Positions 1 to 10,754 of a stretch of 64,000 nucleotides of DNA are shown here, one piece after another (within the stretch, counting starts at the first letter, position 1; each line of letters starts with the position of its first letter). This stretch comes from Octopus sinensis. Taxonomy: Eukaryota. A model generated the notes under the pieces. That model did not search any database. It was not told where the DNA came from and was given only the letters and a program-made list of their open reading frames with translations. A program made the translations under genes and the position numbers. The DNA is taken from the NCBI RefSeq assembly GCF_006345805.1, contig NC_043013.1, positions 26,846,001 through 26,910,000 on the forward strand, written 5' to 3'.

Positions 1-203
1 ATGAGCTCACAGAAATGTTAGCACACCAGGCGAAATGCTTAGCAGAATTTTGTCTGTCTTTACGTTCTGAGTTAAAATTCTGCCAAGGTCGACTTTGCCT
101 TTCATCCTTTTGTGGGGGCAATAAATTGCATACTGGGGTCGATCTAACTGACTGGCCTCTCCCCCAAAATTCCGGACCTTGTGCCTAGAGTAGAAAAGAA
201 TAT
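1..203 (+). mobile_element. SINE-B (tRNA-derived SINE), near full length
   Basis: Degenerate head, B-box-like GAGTTAAAATTC, central GCCTTTCATCCTTT...CTGGGGTCGAT block and ATT tail; shared with about a dozen other copies in the window. Confidence 0.8.
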
Positions 204-539
204 TATGTTAACAGTTTATCTGTTATCCAATAAGATTTGAAAGAAAAACTGTTGAAAACCAATAGATATTGCAAATAATCAACAGTTTGTGGAATTGGTT
301 ATATTTCCTACAAGTGAAAATCACATTCCTCTTCATGATTTCAAATTGGAATCGCATTCAAACTAATAATTAATAACCAGAACCATAAGTAAAGTTATGT
401 ATGATGTCTTTTACTTCACCAAAAATTTCAAATTATATTTTCTTTTATTGCAGGTATGGTATTGGCACAAGAAAAAGGTCAGTCAATAATTTCTTTCCAC
501 CAAAATGGCCTAACAACACAGTAACTTGCAATACAAAGA

Positions 540-763
540 ATTATGAGAGGGGCAGGGCATTTGAGGAGGGGAAGTTGTGTGAGAGGATGAAAGGTTAGAG
601 TGTGATAAAGAGACAGAAACGCAGAAGCAGGTGTCTGGTTATAACGTGAGGAGACATTGGAGGAGGTGATCCAGTATCAGATGATGAAAGATTAGTGTGT
701 GACAAAGAAATAGAGGGATAGAAATAGGTACTTTGCTATAGAGGAAGCACATGGTTACCCAAT

Positions 764-810
<47 letters not shown>

Positions 811-1480
811 TGAAAGAGAGAGACAGACAGACAGAGAGGGAGACGGAGGGAAGAAAACTATCAATAGAGAGAGAGAAGAGAGAGAGAGGGAGAAGAGAGA
901 GGGAGAGGGAGGGAGAGGAAGAGAGAGGATCAAGAAAGAGAACAGAAACAGGTGTGCTGATGTAAAGGAGATACTTGGTTTCCTAGTCAGATGGAAAACA
1001 AGAGGAGAGAGAGGGAGGGCAACCAAGAATGAGGGCAGAAATACGTAAGTTGCCATAGAGGAGATGCATGGCTACCCATCCAGAAGGAAGAACAAGGAAA
1101 AGAGTGAGAGAGAGAGTGAGAGTAGGAAACAGCAAAAGTGTAAGAGAGAGCAGGAGAGAGATGGTGAAGTGCCAGGTAATGCTCACAAGTAACAAGGATT
1201 AGAGCATAGATGTGATGGTAGAGTAAGGAAGAGAGAGGAATGAAGGTCGTGATACATGCAGTTGGGTGTTGCCAAGAAGGCACAAATAAGGAGTGGGGAT
1301 TGCAATGACTGACAAAAACCTGAATAGAAAAATGGGGGAGGGGAAGCAGCGATACTGTGAGCAGAGAAGTGAGGGCAAGGAAGGGCAGTGAGGGCAGAAA
1401 AGAGCAGTGAGGACAAGAAGACAATCAAAGTTTATAAAGAGGTAATGTGAGGAAGAGAAAGATGCTGTTTAGAAGAGAAA
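540..1480. repeat. GA-rich low-complexity tract including (AG)n at about 765-930
   Basis: Purine-rich on + strand; explains the ER-rich and LS-rich ORFs at 736-1428. Confidence 0.85.
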
Positions 1481-1838
1481 TAGTTTGGTTTCTTGGGGTA
1501 GGGTGTGCGAAAAATTTGTTGTTATGTGTGGGTGGAACGCAACTCTTCTAGCACTCAGATTCACTGCCGTAGGCAGGGCTTCCCTAGAACCTCATATTGC
1601 CAAACATCTCAGTCCATTGTCATTTCCTCTGCGAGCCCAACATCCTAAGATCAGTCCTCACTACATCATCTCATGTCTTCCTGGGTCTGCTTCTTACACA
1701 GGTACCATCCACTTTCAGTGACAGGCACTTCTATATACAGCTGTCTTCACTCATACGCATCACATGTCCAAGCCAGTGCATTCTTCTCTCCTGCATCCCA
1801 CATTTAATCCCTCTTATACCTAACATTTCTCTCATTGT
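1480..1838 (-). mobile_element. RTE-clade LINE 3' fragment, decayed
   Basis: Minus-strand translation MREMLGIRGIKCGMQERRMHWLGHVMRMSEDSCI resembles the C-terminus of the RTE ORF at 2900-3186. Confidence 0.8.
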
Positions 1839-1844
1839 TATGAA

Positions 1845-2130
1845 TTTCATTAGCTTACAGCTGTTTCTGCTATGAGATGCAATACACTCACAGTCAAGAA
1901 CTTTGAGGAACTTCATGTTTGAAGCTCTGATGAAGCTATGAGGTGTTACTCAGGCACTCAACTATGACTCCACTGCATCTTATGGCAGAATCAGCAGCAA
2001 GCTAAAGAAGCTCATAACAATTATCTATTCTTTTGTCGTCTCAAATGCACCCGAATGACACTTTGTACTGAAGCATATGTATACCAAGTTCTAACACATG
2101 ATTAATTGTAGCACAATGCCTAAATGAAAT
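1845..2130 (+). mobile_element. Penelope-like/retrozyme-like terminal repeat remnant with hammerhead motifs (inverted half copy plus forward copy)
   Basis: CTGATGA at 1927-1933; minus-strand GCAGAAACAGCTGTAAGCT at about 1852-1870; homologous to 5335-5790; cut at 2134 by the RTE LINE. Confidence 0.6.
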
Positions 2131-2133
2131 ATT

Positions 2134-3186
2134 GGGGTCCACCAGGGTTCAGTACTCAGCCCCCTCCTATTTATCATAGTCCTCCAGGCAATTGTGGAGG
2201 AATTCAAGACAGGTTGCCCCTGGGAGCTCCTCTATGCTGACGACCTCGCTCTAATTGCTGAGTCACTATCAGAACTGGAGGAGAAGTTCCAGGTGTGGAA
2301 GGAGGGTTTAGAATCGAGGGGCCTTAGAGTCAACCTAGCTAAAACCAAAGTACTAATAATTAGAAAGGTAGACAATCCACAAATATCCCCAGGAAGATGG
2401 CCCTGCTCGATCTGTAGAAAAGGTGTAGGTAGAAACTCTATAAGATGTACCCAGTGTAAGCTATGGACACATAAGAGGTGCTGCAATGTCAAAGGTAGGC
2501 TAACTGGGAAGATAGTTTTTGTATGTGGCAGATGCTCGGGAGCATTGACCTCCGAAAATCTGCAGAAAACAACTTCCGTCACTTTCCGGGGGGAAAAACT
2601 AGAAGTAGTTGATAGCTTCTGTTATCTAGGTGACCAAGTCAGTAGTGGGGGTGGGTGCGCTGAAAGTGTAACTGCTAGAATAAGAATAGCCTGGGCAAAG
2701 TTTAGGGAGCTCTTACCTCTGCTGGTGACTAAAGGCCTCTCACTCAGAGTAAAAGGCAGACTGTATGATGCATGTGTACGAACAGCCATGCTACATGGCA
2801 GTGAAACATGGGCCGTGACTGCTGAGGACATGCGTAAGCTCGTGAGGAATGAAGCCAGTATGCTCCGATGGATGTGTAATGTCAGTGTACTTACTCGACA
2901 GAGCGTTAGTACCTTGAGAGAAATGTTGTACCTAAGAAGCATCAGTTGTGGTGTGCAAGAGAGATGATTGCGCTGGTATGGTCATGTGGCGAGAATGGAT
3001 GAAGATAGGTGTGTGAGAAAGTGCCAATCCCTAGCAGTTGAGGGAACCCATGGAAGAGGTAGACCCAGGAAAACCTGGGACGAGGTGGTGAAGCACGACC
3101 TTCGGACGTTAGGTCTCACCATGGAAATGACTAGAGACCGAGACCTATGGAAGTATGCTGTGCGTGAGAAGACCCGGCAAGACTAG
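2134..3186 (+). pseudogene. RTE ORF2 remnant: reverse transcriptase with embedded PHD-type zinc finger
   Basis: ORFs 2194-2967 and 2968-3186 are one frame split by a single stop; C-x2-C...C-x2-C...H-x2-C...C-x2-C at 2404-2535. Confidence 0.88.
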
Positions 3187-3439
3187 TGAAGCCATAACCC
3201 GTGGCCCCTACCTGGGACGTAGTCAGTCCACCTGTGCATACCTTCCTTCTTGTGACACTTGTGAAGACCTGTTGAGGCAAGTGAAAATCAAATCAAATCA
3301 AATCAAATCAAACATAATCAAAATAGATGAACATCAATGGAATTTGTATCCTTGTGGTACCAATGCCGGTGGCACATAAGAAAACCATCCGAATGTGACC
3401 GTAGCCAGTACCGCATCGACTGGCCTTCGTGCTGAGGGC

Positions 3440-3640
3440 ATGTAACAAACACCATCCGAGCGTGGCCGTTCGCCAGCCTCGTCTGGCACCTGTGTCGGTG
3501 GCACATAAGAAAACACCATCCGAGCGTGGCCGTCTGCCAGCCTCGTCTGGCACCTGTGTCGGTGGCACATAAAAAACACCATCCGAGCGTGGCCGTCTGC
3601 CAGCCTCGTCTGGCACCTGTGTCGGTGGCACATAAAATCA
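3440..3640 (+). repeat. About 60-bp minisatellite (3+ units) in the RTE 3' UTR
   Basis: Unit AAACACCATCCGAGCGTGGCCGTCTGCCAGCCTCGTCTGGCACCTGTGTCGGTGGCACATAA repeated in tandem with no unique spacers. Confidence 0.92.
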
Positions 3641-4091
3641 CCCACTACACTCTCGGAGTGGTTGGCGTTAGGAAGGGCATCCAGCTGTAGAAACACTGCC
3701 AGATCTGACTGGCCTGGTGCAGCCTTCGGGCTTGCCAGACCCCAGTTGAACCATCCAACCCATGCTAGCATGGAAAGCGGACGTTAAACGATGATGATGA
3801 TGATGATGATGTATATTCACACACACACACACACACACACATTAGTATTAATGTTTGTTTTAAGTTCAGTTATAATAAAAACAATTTTACATTAATCAGA
3901 TGGGTCACTCTATACTTTTAGAGTAAAAATTTATTATTCTCATACAGGAAAGTTGTTGATAGTAACTTTGAAGTTTCGGCCAGCTAAGCTATCATTGGAC
4001 GATGGTTTAGCTGGCAGTCTGACAATGACACTGCCAACAACATTTTGTATAAGAATAAAAATATAAACATTTTTATATATATTTCTTTATA

Positions 4092-4258
4092 TAGGAGTGG
4101 CTGTGTGGTAAGTAGCTTGCTTACCAATCACATGGTTCCAGGTTCAGTCCCACTGCGTGGCACCTTGGGCAAGTGTCTTCTACTATAGCTTCGGGCCGAC
4201 CAAAGCCTTGAGTGGATTTGGTAGACGGAAACTGAAAGAAGCCCGTCATATATATGTG

Positions 4259-4319
<61 letters not shown>

Positions 4320-4552
4320 GTGTGTGTGTGTGTATGTATATGTTTGTGTGTCTGTGTTTGTGCCCCCAACATCTTTTGACAACCGATGCTGGTGTGTTTA
4401 TGTCCCCGTAACTTAGTGGTTCGACAAGAGAGACTAATAGAATAAGGACTAGGCTTACAAAGAATAAGTCCTGGGGTCGATTTGCTTCACTAAAGGTGGT
4501 GCTCCAGCATGGCCGCATTCAAATGACTGAAACAAGTAAAAGAATAAAAGAA
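4092..4552 (+). mobile_element. SINE-A, full length
   Basis: A-box TGGCTGTGTGG, B-box GGTTCAGTCC, CORE-like CCTTGGGCAAGTG, internal (TA)/(TG) microsatellite, tail CCAGCATGGCCGCA...GAAACAAGTAAAAGA; about 20 related copies in the window. Confidence 0.9.
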
Positions 4553-4767
4553 TATACTTTATTTTCTTTATATATATTTACTATTTTTTTTCCGTAATCA
4601 ATGTCGTTGTTAGTGATAGGTTTCCACTGACAAGGAAGTATATGTGTCATTCGGGCAGAACAAATATACTGCAGGGTATTTAATTGTTTGTTTTAGTTTT
4701 TCTGAAAGATGTATACAATTTTCAATGATACACACAGGCAAAACACATGCGCATGCGCACACACACA

Positions 4768-4820
<53 letters not shown>

Positions 4821-4984
4821 ATTCTCATATACGCAAACATATATATTTAGCAATGCGACACTAGTTTATATTTGCTTTCTATTTTTTTTTTTGTTTGCTA
4901 TTGATTTCATACATTGGTACAAAGTATTGTCTTTGATATAGATAAAAATCAATCGATTTCCATCACTGTAGAGGTTTCCAAAAT

Positions 4985-5205
4985 ATTAATACTTTGCTAT
5001 GGAGTGGTGAGTGGGGGTTGCAATAATAGGATCTTTGAAATACAATGCCAAGGACTCTGATAGCCAAGCCACACTCTCAAAACTGACCAGGAGGGAATAC
5101 TAAGGTGCTAAAGAAAGCATTAAGATGGAGAATATCTAGAAGATGAAAGCCTGGACATCCAAAGGACACTTAGTGGAGAACAGCTGAAAGTATGCTGAGA
5201 GAAAT
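4985..5205 (+). mobile_element. Highly decayed LINE 3' fragment (RTE-like)
   Basis: ILCYGV resembles the ILLYGxESW motif; the downstream residues resemble an RTE C-terminus; many stops. Confidence 0.3.
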
Positions 5206-5334
5206 GAATGTGTGTATGTGTATGCATGTGTGTGTGTGTGTGCGTGCACGTGTGTGTGCACATGTGTGCGTGCGTGTGCGCATGTACATGTTGTGTGTAT
5301 AGATATTTATATGTAAATAAGATACAAAGGAATA

Positions 5335-5860
5335 AATGGTTATTTTATGACATTCATTAGCTTGCAGTTGTTTCTGCTACAAGTTGCAGTGGCCTCATAG
5401 TTGAGTACCTGAATAACACCTTATAGCTTCACCAGACACTCGAAAATGAAGTGCAATTTTTTTGAGAAAAAACTTACATTTATTAAAGAATTATATTTGT
5501 TGAAATAATTACATAATTGTAATTCTTTTCATGAATAAATTGCATTACACATTTGAGGCTCTGATGAAGCTATAAAGTGTTATTCAGGCACCATAATATG
5601 AGTCCAGTGCATCTTATGGCAGAAACAGCTGTAAGCTAAGTACATTCATTAGATAATCATTTATTCCTTTGTCTTCTTTTTCTTATTACCACTCTGTATT
5701 CGAGTAATGCTTCATTCTGAAGTATCTGTATATTGAGTTCTACACCAGGTTAATAGTCTCACAAAGCCTAAGTAAAATATTAAAACACAGTCTCTGATGA
5801 AGGATTATCCATAATATCCCTGAAATAGCCGTAAATGTCATGAAAACTCCTCATGGCCTC
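5335..5860 (+). mobile_element. Penelope-like/retrozyme-like remnant: inverted hammerhead copy followed by two tandem hammerhead motifs
   Basis: Minus copy 5358-5441; forward hammerheads at 5555-5637 and 5787-5840; no intact ORF. Confidence 0.65.
5555..5637 (+). ncRNA. Minimal type I hammerhead ribozyme motif
   Basis: GGCT-CTGATGA(5561-5567)-A-stem II GCTATAA/TTATGGC-A-GAAA(5622-5625)-CAGCTG-TA|AGCT. Stem III is the palindrome ACAGCTGT; predicted GUA cleavage after 5633. Folded by eye. Confidence 0.65.
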
Positions 5861-5968
5861 GGATTTATTATCTCATTCTGTCTAATATATATATATATAT
5901 ATATTATTTTTTACTTGCATCAGTCATTGGATGGCAGCCACACTGGATACTGCCTTGAAGTATTTTTA

Positions 5969-7254
5969 TTAGGTTGGCAACTAAGATACCGCCATTTTTT
6001 AAAATTTAAATTTTTTAAAAGGTTTAATGAAAAATAACAACTAATTAATCAATAATGTATTCACCCTTGTTGTTTACAACATCTTCCCAACGTTCAACTA
6101 GATTTTCAATACCTTGTTGGTAGAAATCATTCGATTTCGACTTGAAAAATTGATCCAACTAAGCTCTCAATTTTGCATTAGTATTGATCGAAACTCTGCG
6201 CATAGCATTTGAAAGAGATTGAAAGAGGTGGAAATCCATGGGTGCCAAATCAGGAGAGTACGGCGGGTGTGGCAGCACTTCCCGGCTATGCATTTGAATG
6301 GCTTCCTTGGTCATATGCAATATGAGGGCAGGTGTTGTTGTGCAGCAGAAGAACTCCGTGCTGACGATTAGGTCTTTTCTCTTGAATAGCTGTGTTGAGT
6401 TGTTCTATCTGTTGAACATAGAGTTCCGTGTTGACAATTTGGTTCCGTTCAAGCAATTCGTAATGGATAATCCCTTCCCAGTCCCACCATACACACAACA
6501 TCGTTTTATGTGGAAGATCTTCTTTCACACGCAGTGTTGCTTGTTTACCGGGGCTAAACCATTCCTTACACTGCTTCATATTGATGTACAGGCAGCATTT
6601 TTTTGTTGCCAGTAACAATTTGGTAAAGAAACCATTGCTTGTGTCCATGAGTTGAGCAGTGACGAGCAAGCAATCCAACAGAGATTGCGGCTCATTGATT
6701 TTTGTTGTCACTTAAAGCATGTGGAACCCATGCTCCATACCTCTGAACCTTTCCCATCGAGTGAAGATGCTGCTCTATAGCAGTGTAGGAGCATTCTATT
6801 TTCTCTGCCAGTTCCTTTGTTGTTTGACGAGAATTTTCGTGCAAAAGCTGGTTTAATTGCTCTTCATCGAACTCAACTGGACGGCCAGAACGAGGTGCAT
6901 CTTTGCGGTCAAAATTTCCATTTTTGAACTTGGCATACCAATCACGAACAGTTCTTTCAGCTATGGCACTCTCTCCATGCACAGCACAAATGTTGTGAGC
7001 AGCTTTTGTGGCCTTAGAGACTTGATTAAAAGCAAAAAGAAGAGGTTTCAAAAATGCTTGTTTTTCTTAATTTGACATTCCATTTTAATGATCTAAAAAA
7101 TAAACAAAAATTAACTAAAATTAACTAGAAAAAACAAAATAGATTCCAAAATGATTGAAAAATAGAATTCTCGAAAAAAGTAGATTCCAAAATTTAAAAA
7201 AGCAATAAATACCAAAATTTTTTATAAATGGCAGGAACTTAGTTGCCAACCAAA
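5969..7254 (-). mobile_element. Mariner (DD34D) DNA transposon, full length, inactive
   Basis: TIRs TTAGGTTGGCAACTAAGATACCGCCATTT (5969) and AAATGGCAGGAACTTAGTTGCCAACCAAA (7226-7254); TA on the left; about 1.29 kb. Transposase motifs RSGRP, WVPHAL, MLCVWWD, YSPDLAPMDFHLF, with stops and frameshifts. Confidence 0.95.
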
Positions 7255-7265
7255 AAGTTGGCATG

Positions 7266-7450
7266 ATCAACCCCAGTTTTTTATTTTTTTAAGATAGGTA
7301 CTTATTCTATCGGTCTCTTTTGCTGAACCACTAAGTTACAGGTACGTAAACACAACAACACCAGTTGTCAAGTAGTGGTGAGGGACCAACACAGACACAA
7401 GACACATTCACATGCACACACACACACACATACACGTAGACATATATACA
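7266..7450 (-). mobile_element. SINE-A 3' half
   Basis: Reverse complement of the GATAGAATAAGTAC...GGGGTTGAT block. Confidence 0.75.
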
Positions 7451-7734
7451 CAAAACAATGCATGATTAATTTAAAACAATACTAATGAATTACACCAGCC
7501 ATAATACCTGTCATATTCTTCTGACAAATATGACTTGGCCTTGCCCAATAGATCCACAGGAACCTGCGTTATTCTGCGTACTTACAACATTATAGACTTT
7601 AATTAATTAATGAACATGGTTATGACATAAACCAAAGGTTCACCTGAAACAGCTGTCAAGATAAGACTATTACATAACTCCTTGTGTTTATTTTGTATTA
7701 TTTATTTTATACTCTTGAATTTGTATTGCATATA

Positions 7735-8100
7735 GGTGTAGGAGTGGCTGTATGGCAAGTAGCTTGCTTACCAACCACATGGTTCCGGGTACAGTCCCAC
7801 TGCATGCCACCTTGGGCAAGTGACTTCTACTATAGCCTTGGGCTGACCAAAGACTTGTGAGTGGATTTGGTGGATGGAAACTGAAAGAAGCCTGTTGTAT
7901 ATATGTATATGTATATATATATATGCATGTGTGTGTATGTTTGTGTCCACCACCCCCAACATCGCTTGTCAACCTATGCTGGTGTGTTTACGTCATTGTA
8001 ACATAGCGGTTCAGCAAAAGAGACCGATAAAATAAGTACTAGGCTTACAAAGAATAGTAACTGAAACAAGTAAAAGAGTAAAAAAAAAAAAACAAAGAGA
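7735..8100 (+). mobile_element. SINE-A with internal deletion
   Basis: Head, internal TA/TG run and tail are all present. Confidence 0.88.
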
Positions 8101-8309
8101 AAGAGTATAAATATACTTGTCAAGCCTGCTTTTCTTCATCTGTCTTTTCACGTCCATACCCACTCAACAATGATTATTCCTATAGCTAACTTTCTACACT
8201 AGAGGCACCTACTCTGGATGAAGGAATTAGAATTCGAGTTCTCCATATATCTGAGCACTATGCTATGAATTTCTATATTATGTTTCTTTTATTGTTCTCC
8301 AACAACATC

Positions 8310-8600
8310 ATCATTATTTAACTTCTGTTTTCCATACTAGCACAAGTAAGATTGTTTCACAGGATTGGCAAGTCAGAAGACTGGATCAAGTTCTGCTGTC
8401 TTCTCTGGCATGGTTTTTATGGCTGGATGCCCTTCCTAACACCAACCACATTACAGAGTGTGCTGGGTGTTTTTTATGTGGCACCAACAGGAATGAGGTC
8501 AGTAAGTAACTTGTGGAACAAGACTCTTTAACTGAGGGATGGATTAGTGATGAGGGACAGAAAGGATGTCTTGCATAAGAAGTAAAACATGGGGGTGGGA
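8310..8600 (-). mobile_element. Short retroelement sharing the RTE 3' tail
   Basis: Contains GGCTGGATGCCCTTCCTAACACCAACC and TTCCATACTAGCA next to a (CAT)n remnant. Similar copies at 21440-21630, 22985-23205, 36790-37090, 40600-40880, 48480-48700 and 53155-53460. Confidence 0.7.
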
Positions 8601-8744
8601 GAGAGGGGGAGAGGGAATTGCTGAAGATGTGACAGGGAGGGGCAGGTACTGCACACCTAAGTTACAGGTGGTGTATGTAGTGAAGTGGACTGGGGATTGG
8701 AGAGGGTAAGCGGGCAGGTGAGTTCAGGAGATTGCAAAAGGAGA

Positions 8745-9000
8745 GTACATACACACACACACACACATATATATGGTGTGTGTGTGTGTTGGGGATGTTT
8801 TGTGTTTATACCCCACCACCATTTGGCAGCTGGTGTTGTTTTGTTTCCATTCCCATAACTTAGTGGTTCAACAAGAGAGACCAACAGAATAAGTACCTGG
8901 CTTTAAAATAAGCACAATTTGTTTGACTGAAACCCTTCAAGGCAGTACCCCAGCATGGCCACAGTCCAATGACTGAAACTAGTAAAGGATAAGAGAATGC
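8745..9000 (+). mobile_element. SINE-A 3' half
   Basis: Post-microsatellite body and tail. Confidence 0.8.
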
Positions 9001-9425
9001 TAGTTTGGTTAAAGAAGTGCCAAGAGATCCCAGTGGAAAAAAAAATGACAAAGAAAACTTGGTGAGACATGGAAAGAAATGGCAAAAGCTGATTTCAGGA
9101 AACTAAATCTCATGATGGGGATGACAAAGAACCGCATAGAAAGCCATCCATTTCATGGAAGCATGGAGAAGCAGATGTGAAATGCTGCTGGTGTTACTGA
9201 TGATGATGATGATGACGACAACGATGATGATTTTAGTGAGAGAATATGCATTTATTTCAATGAGAAAATGAAGTATAAAATATAGATATCCTATATGTAT
9301 TCCTGTGAGAGAATATTGGATATTTATTTCAATGAGAAAATATAGAATATGTATTTCGATAGAAGAATTGTGTGTGTGTGTGTATGTGGATATCTATATA
9401 TATTTGTATATGTGCATGTGTGTGA

Positions 9426-9463
<38 letters not shown>

Positions 9464-9819
9464 TGTGTGTGTGTGACATTATTCCAATAAAAATGGTATA
9501 CTTATATCAATAAGAGATTTTATTTATTCATATATTTATTTTTATCAGCAGACATTTCAGTGAATAGGATTACTTCCATTAATATATTCTAGATTTTCTG
9601 TCCACAAAATAATTTAAAAGAAACTTTTTTGTAGAAAAGTCAGAAGATAATTAAATGAGTGATCTGGATTTTGAAAGAAAATGCAGGTAACTACGTCCTC
9701 TTTTTCTTTCCTTTTTTTTTGTTCTGGTTATTTCTTTCTCTTTTTTGATAAAGAATTCACTGGAAACGTCAGTCTAATTCTTTCCTTTCCTCTTTTTTTT
9801 TTTTGGCATACAATTCACT

Positions 9820-10427
9820 ATCTTTTATCTTTTATCTTTGTTTCAGTCATAAGACTGTGGCCATGCTGGGGCATCACCTTGAAGAATTTTAGTCAAACTA
9901 ATACACTCCAGTGCCCATTATTAACCCCAGTACCTATTATTCTTTTAAAGCCTGATACATATTCTATTGGTCTCTTTTACTGAACTGCTAAGTTATGGGG
10001 ACATAAACACACCAACAGCAGTTGTCCAGCAGTGGTGGAGGATGAACACAGACACAGACACACACACACAAACACACAAACACATATATATGATCACCTT
10101 CTTTTAGTTTCCATCTACTAAATCCACTGCCAAGGCCTTGGTCAGCCCAAGGTTATATTATAAGAATCTTGCCCAAGGTATAATGCTTACACATTTTTTA
10201 AATTCTATTTTTTGTATTCTTTTATTGGTTTCAGTCATTTGACTGCAGCCATGCTGGAGCACTGCCTTTAGTTGAGCAAATCAACCCCAGGACTTATTCT
10301 TTGTAAGCCTAGTACTTATTCTATCGGCCTCCTTTGCCGAGCCACTAAATGACAGGACTGTAAACACACCAGCATCAGTTGTCGAGCAATGGTGATGGGG
10401 ACAAACACAGACACACAAACATATACC

Positions 10428-10458
<31 letters not shown>

Positions 10459-10650
10459 GTACATATATATATATATATATATACACACGACAGGCTTCTT
10501 TCAGTTTCTGCCTTACAAATCCACTCACAAGGCTTTGGTCGGCCCAAGGCTATAGTAGAAGACACTTGCTCAAGGTGGCATGCAGTGGGACTGAACCCAG
10601 AACTATGTGGTTGATATGCAAGCTACTTACCACACAGCCACTCCTGCACC
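9820..10650 (-). mobile_element. Two tandem SINE-A copies (9820-10185, 10210-10650)
   Basis: Both match the reverse complement of the SINE-A consensus seen at 4092. Confidence 0.88.
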
Positions 10651-10754
10651 TATTTACATTTGTGCCATACTGTTTGAATTTTTCTGTCTCTCTGTTGTAA
10701 CCTCTCACCTTGTCCAACCATCTCTTAATCCTTGTATTCCGTTTATTCTACACA

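Larger units (their letters stand above)
2134..3810 (+). mobile_element. 5'-truncated RTE-clade LINE: RT 3' half, long 3' UTR, (GAT)n tail
   Basis: RT motifs GVHQGSVLSPLLF, LLYADDLAL, VNLAKTK, FCYLG, MLHGSETW, RWYGHV, GRGRPRKTW. One premature TGA at 2965-2967 (likely CGA decay). The UTR carries (AAATC)n, a minisatellite and a conserved tail. Confidence 0.92.

Noticed and set aside
736-1428. ER-, LS- and S-rich ORFs
   Set aside because: Read-through of (AG)n and GA-rich low-complexity DNA.
3440-3640. CRISPR-like array (also 14360-14640)
   Set aside because: Units are contiguous tandem repeats with no unique spacers, lie in a LINE 3' UTR, and there are no cas genes in this eukaryotic context.
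4092-4170. SINE heads as tRNA genes
   Set aside because: A and B boxes are present but there is no cloverleaf, and they are followed by repeated SINE bodies.
4620-4675. Possible exon (VSTDKEV... or RFPLTRK...)
   Set aside because: Two frames are open, the donor GTATTT is weak, and nothing is recognisable.
4941-5005. Possible exon ending GTG|GTGAGT
   Set aside because: The peptide resembles a decayed LINE ILLYG motif and continues into LINE-like sequence.
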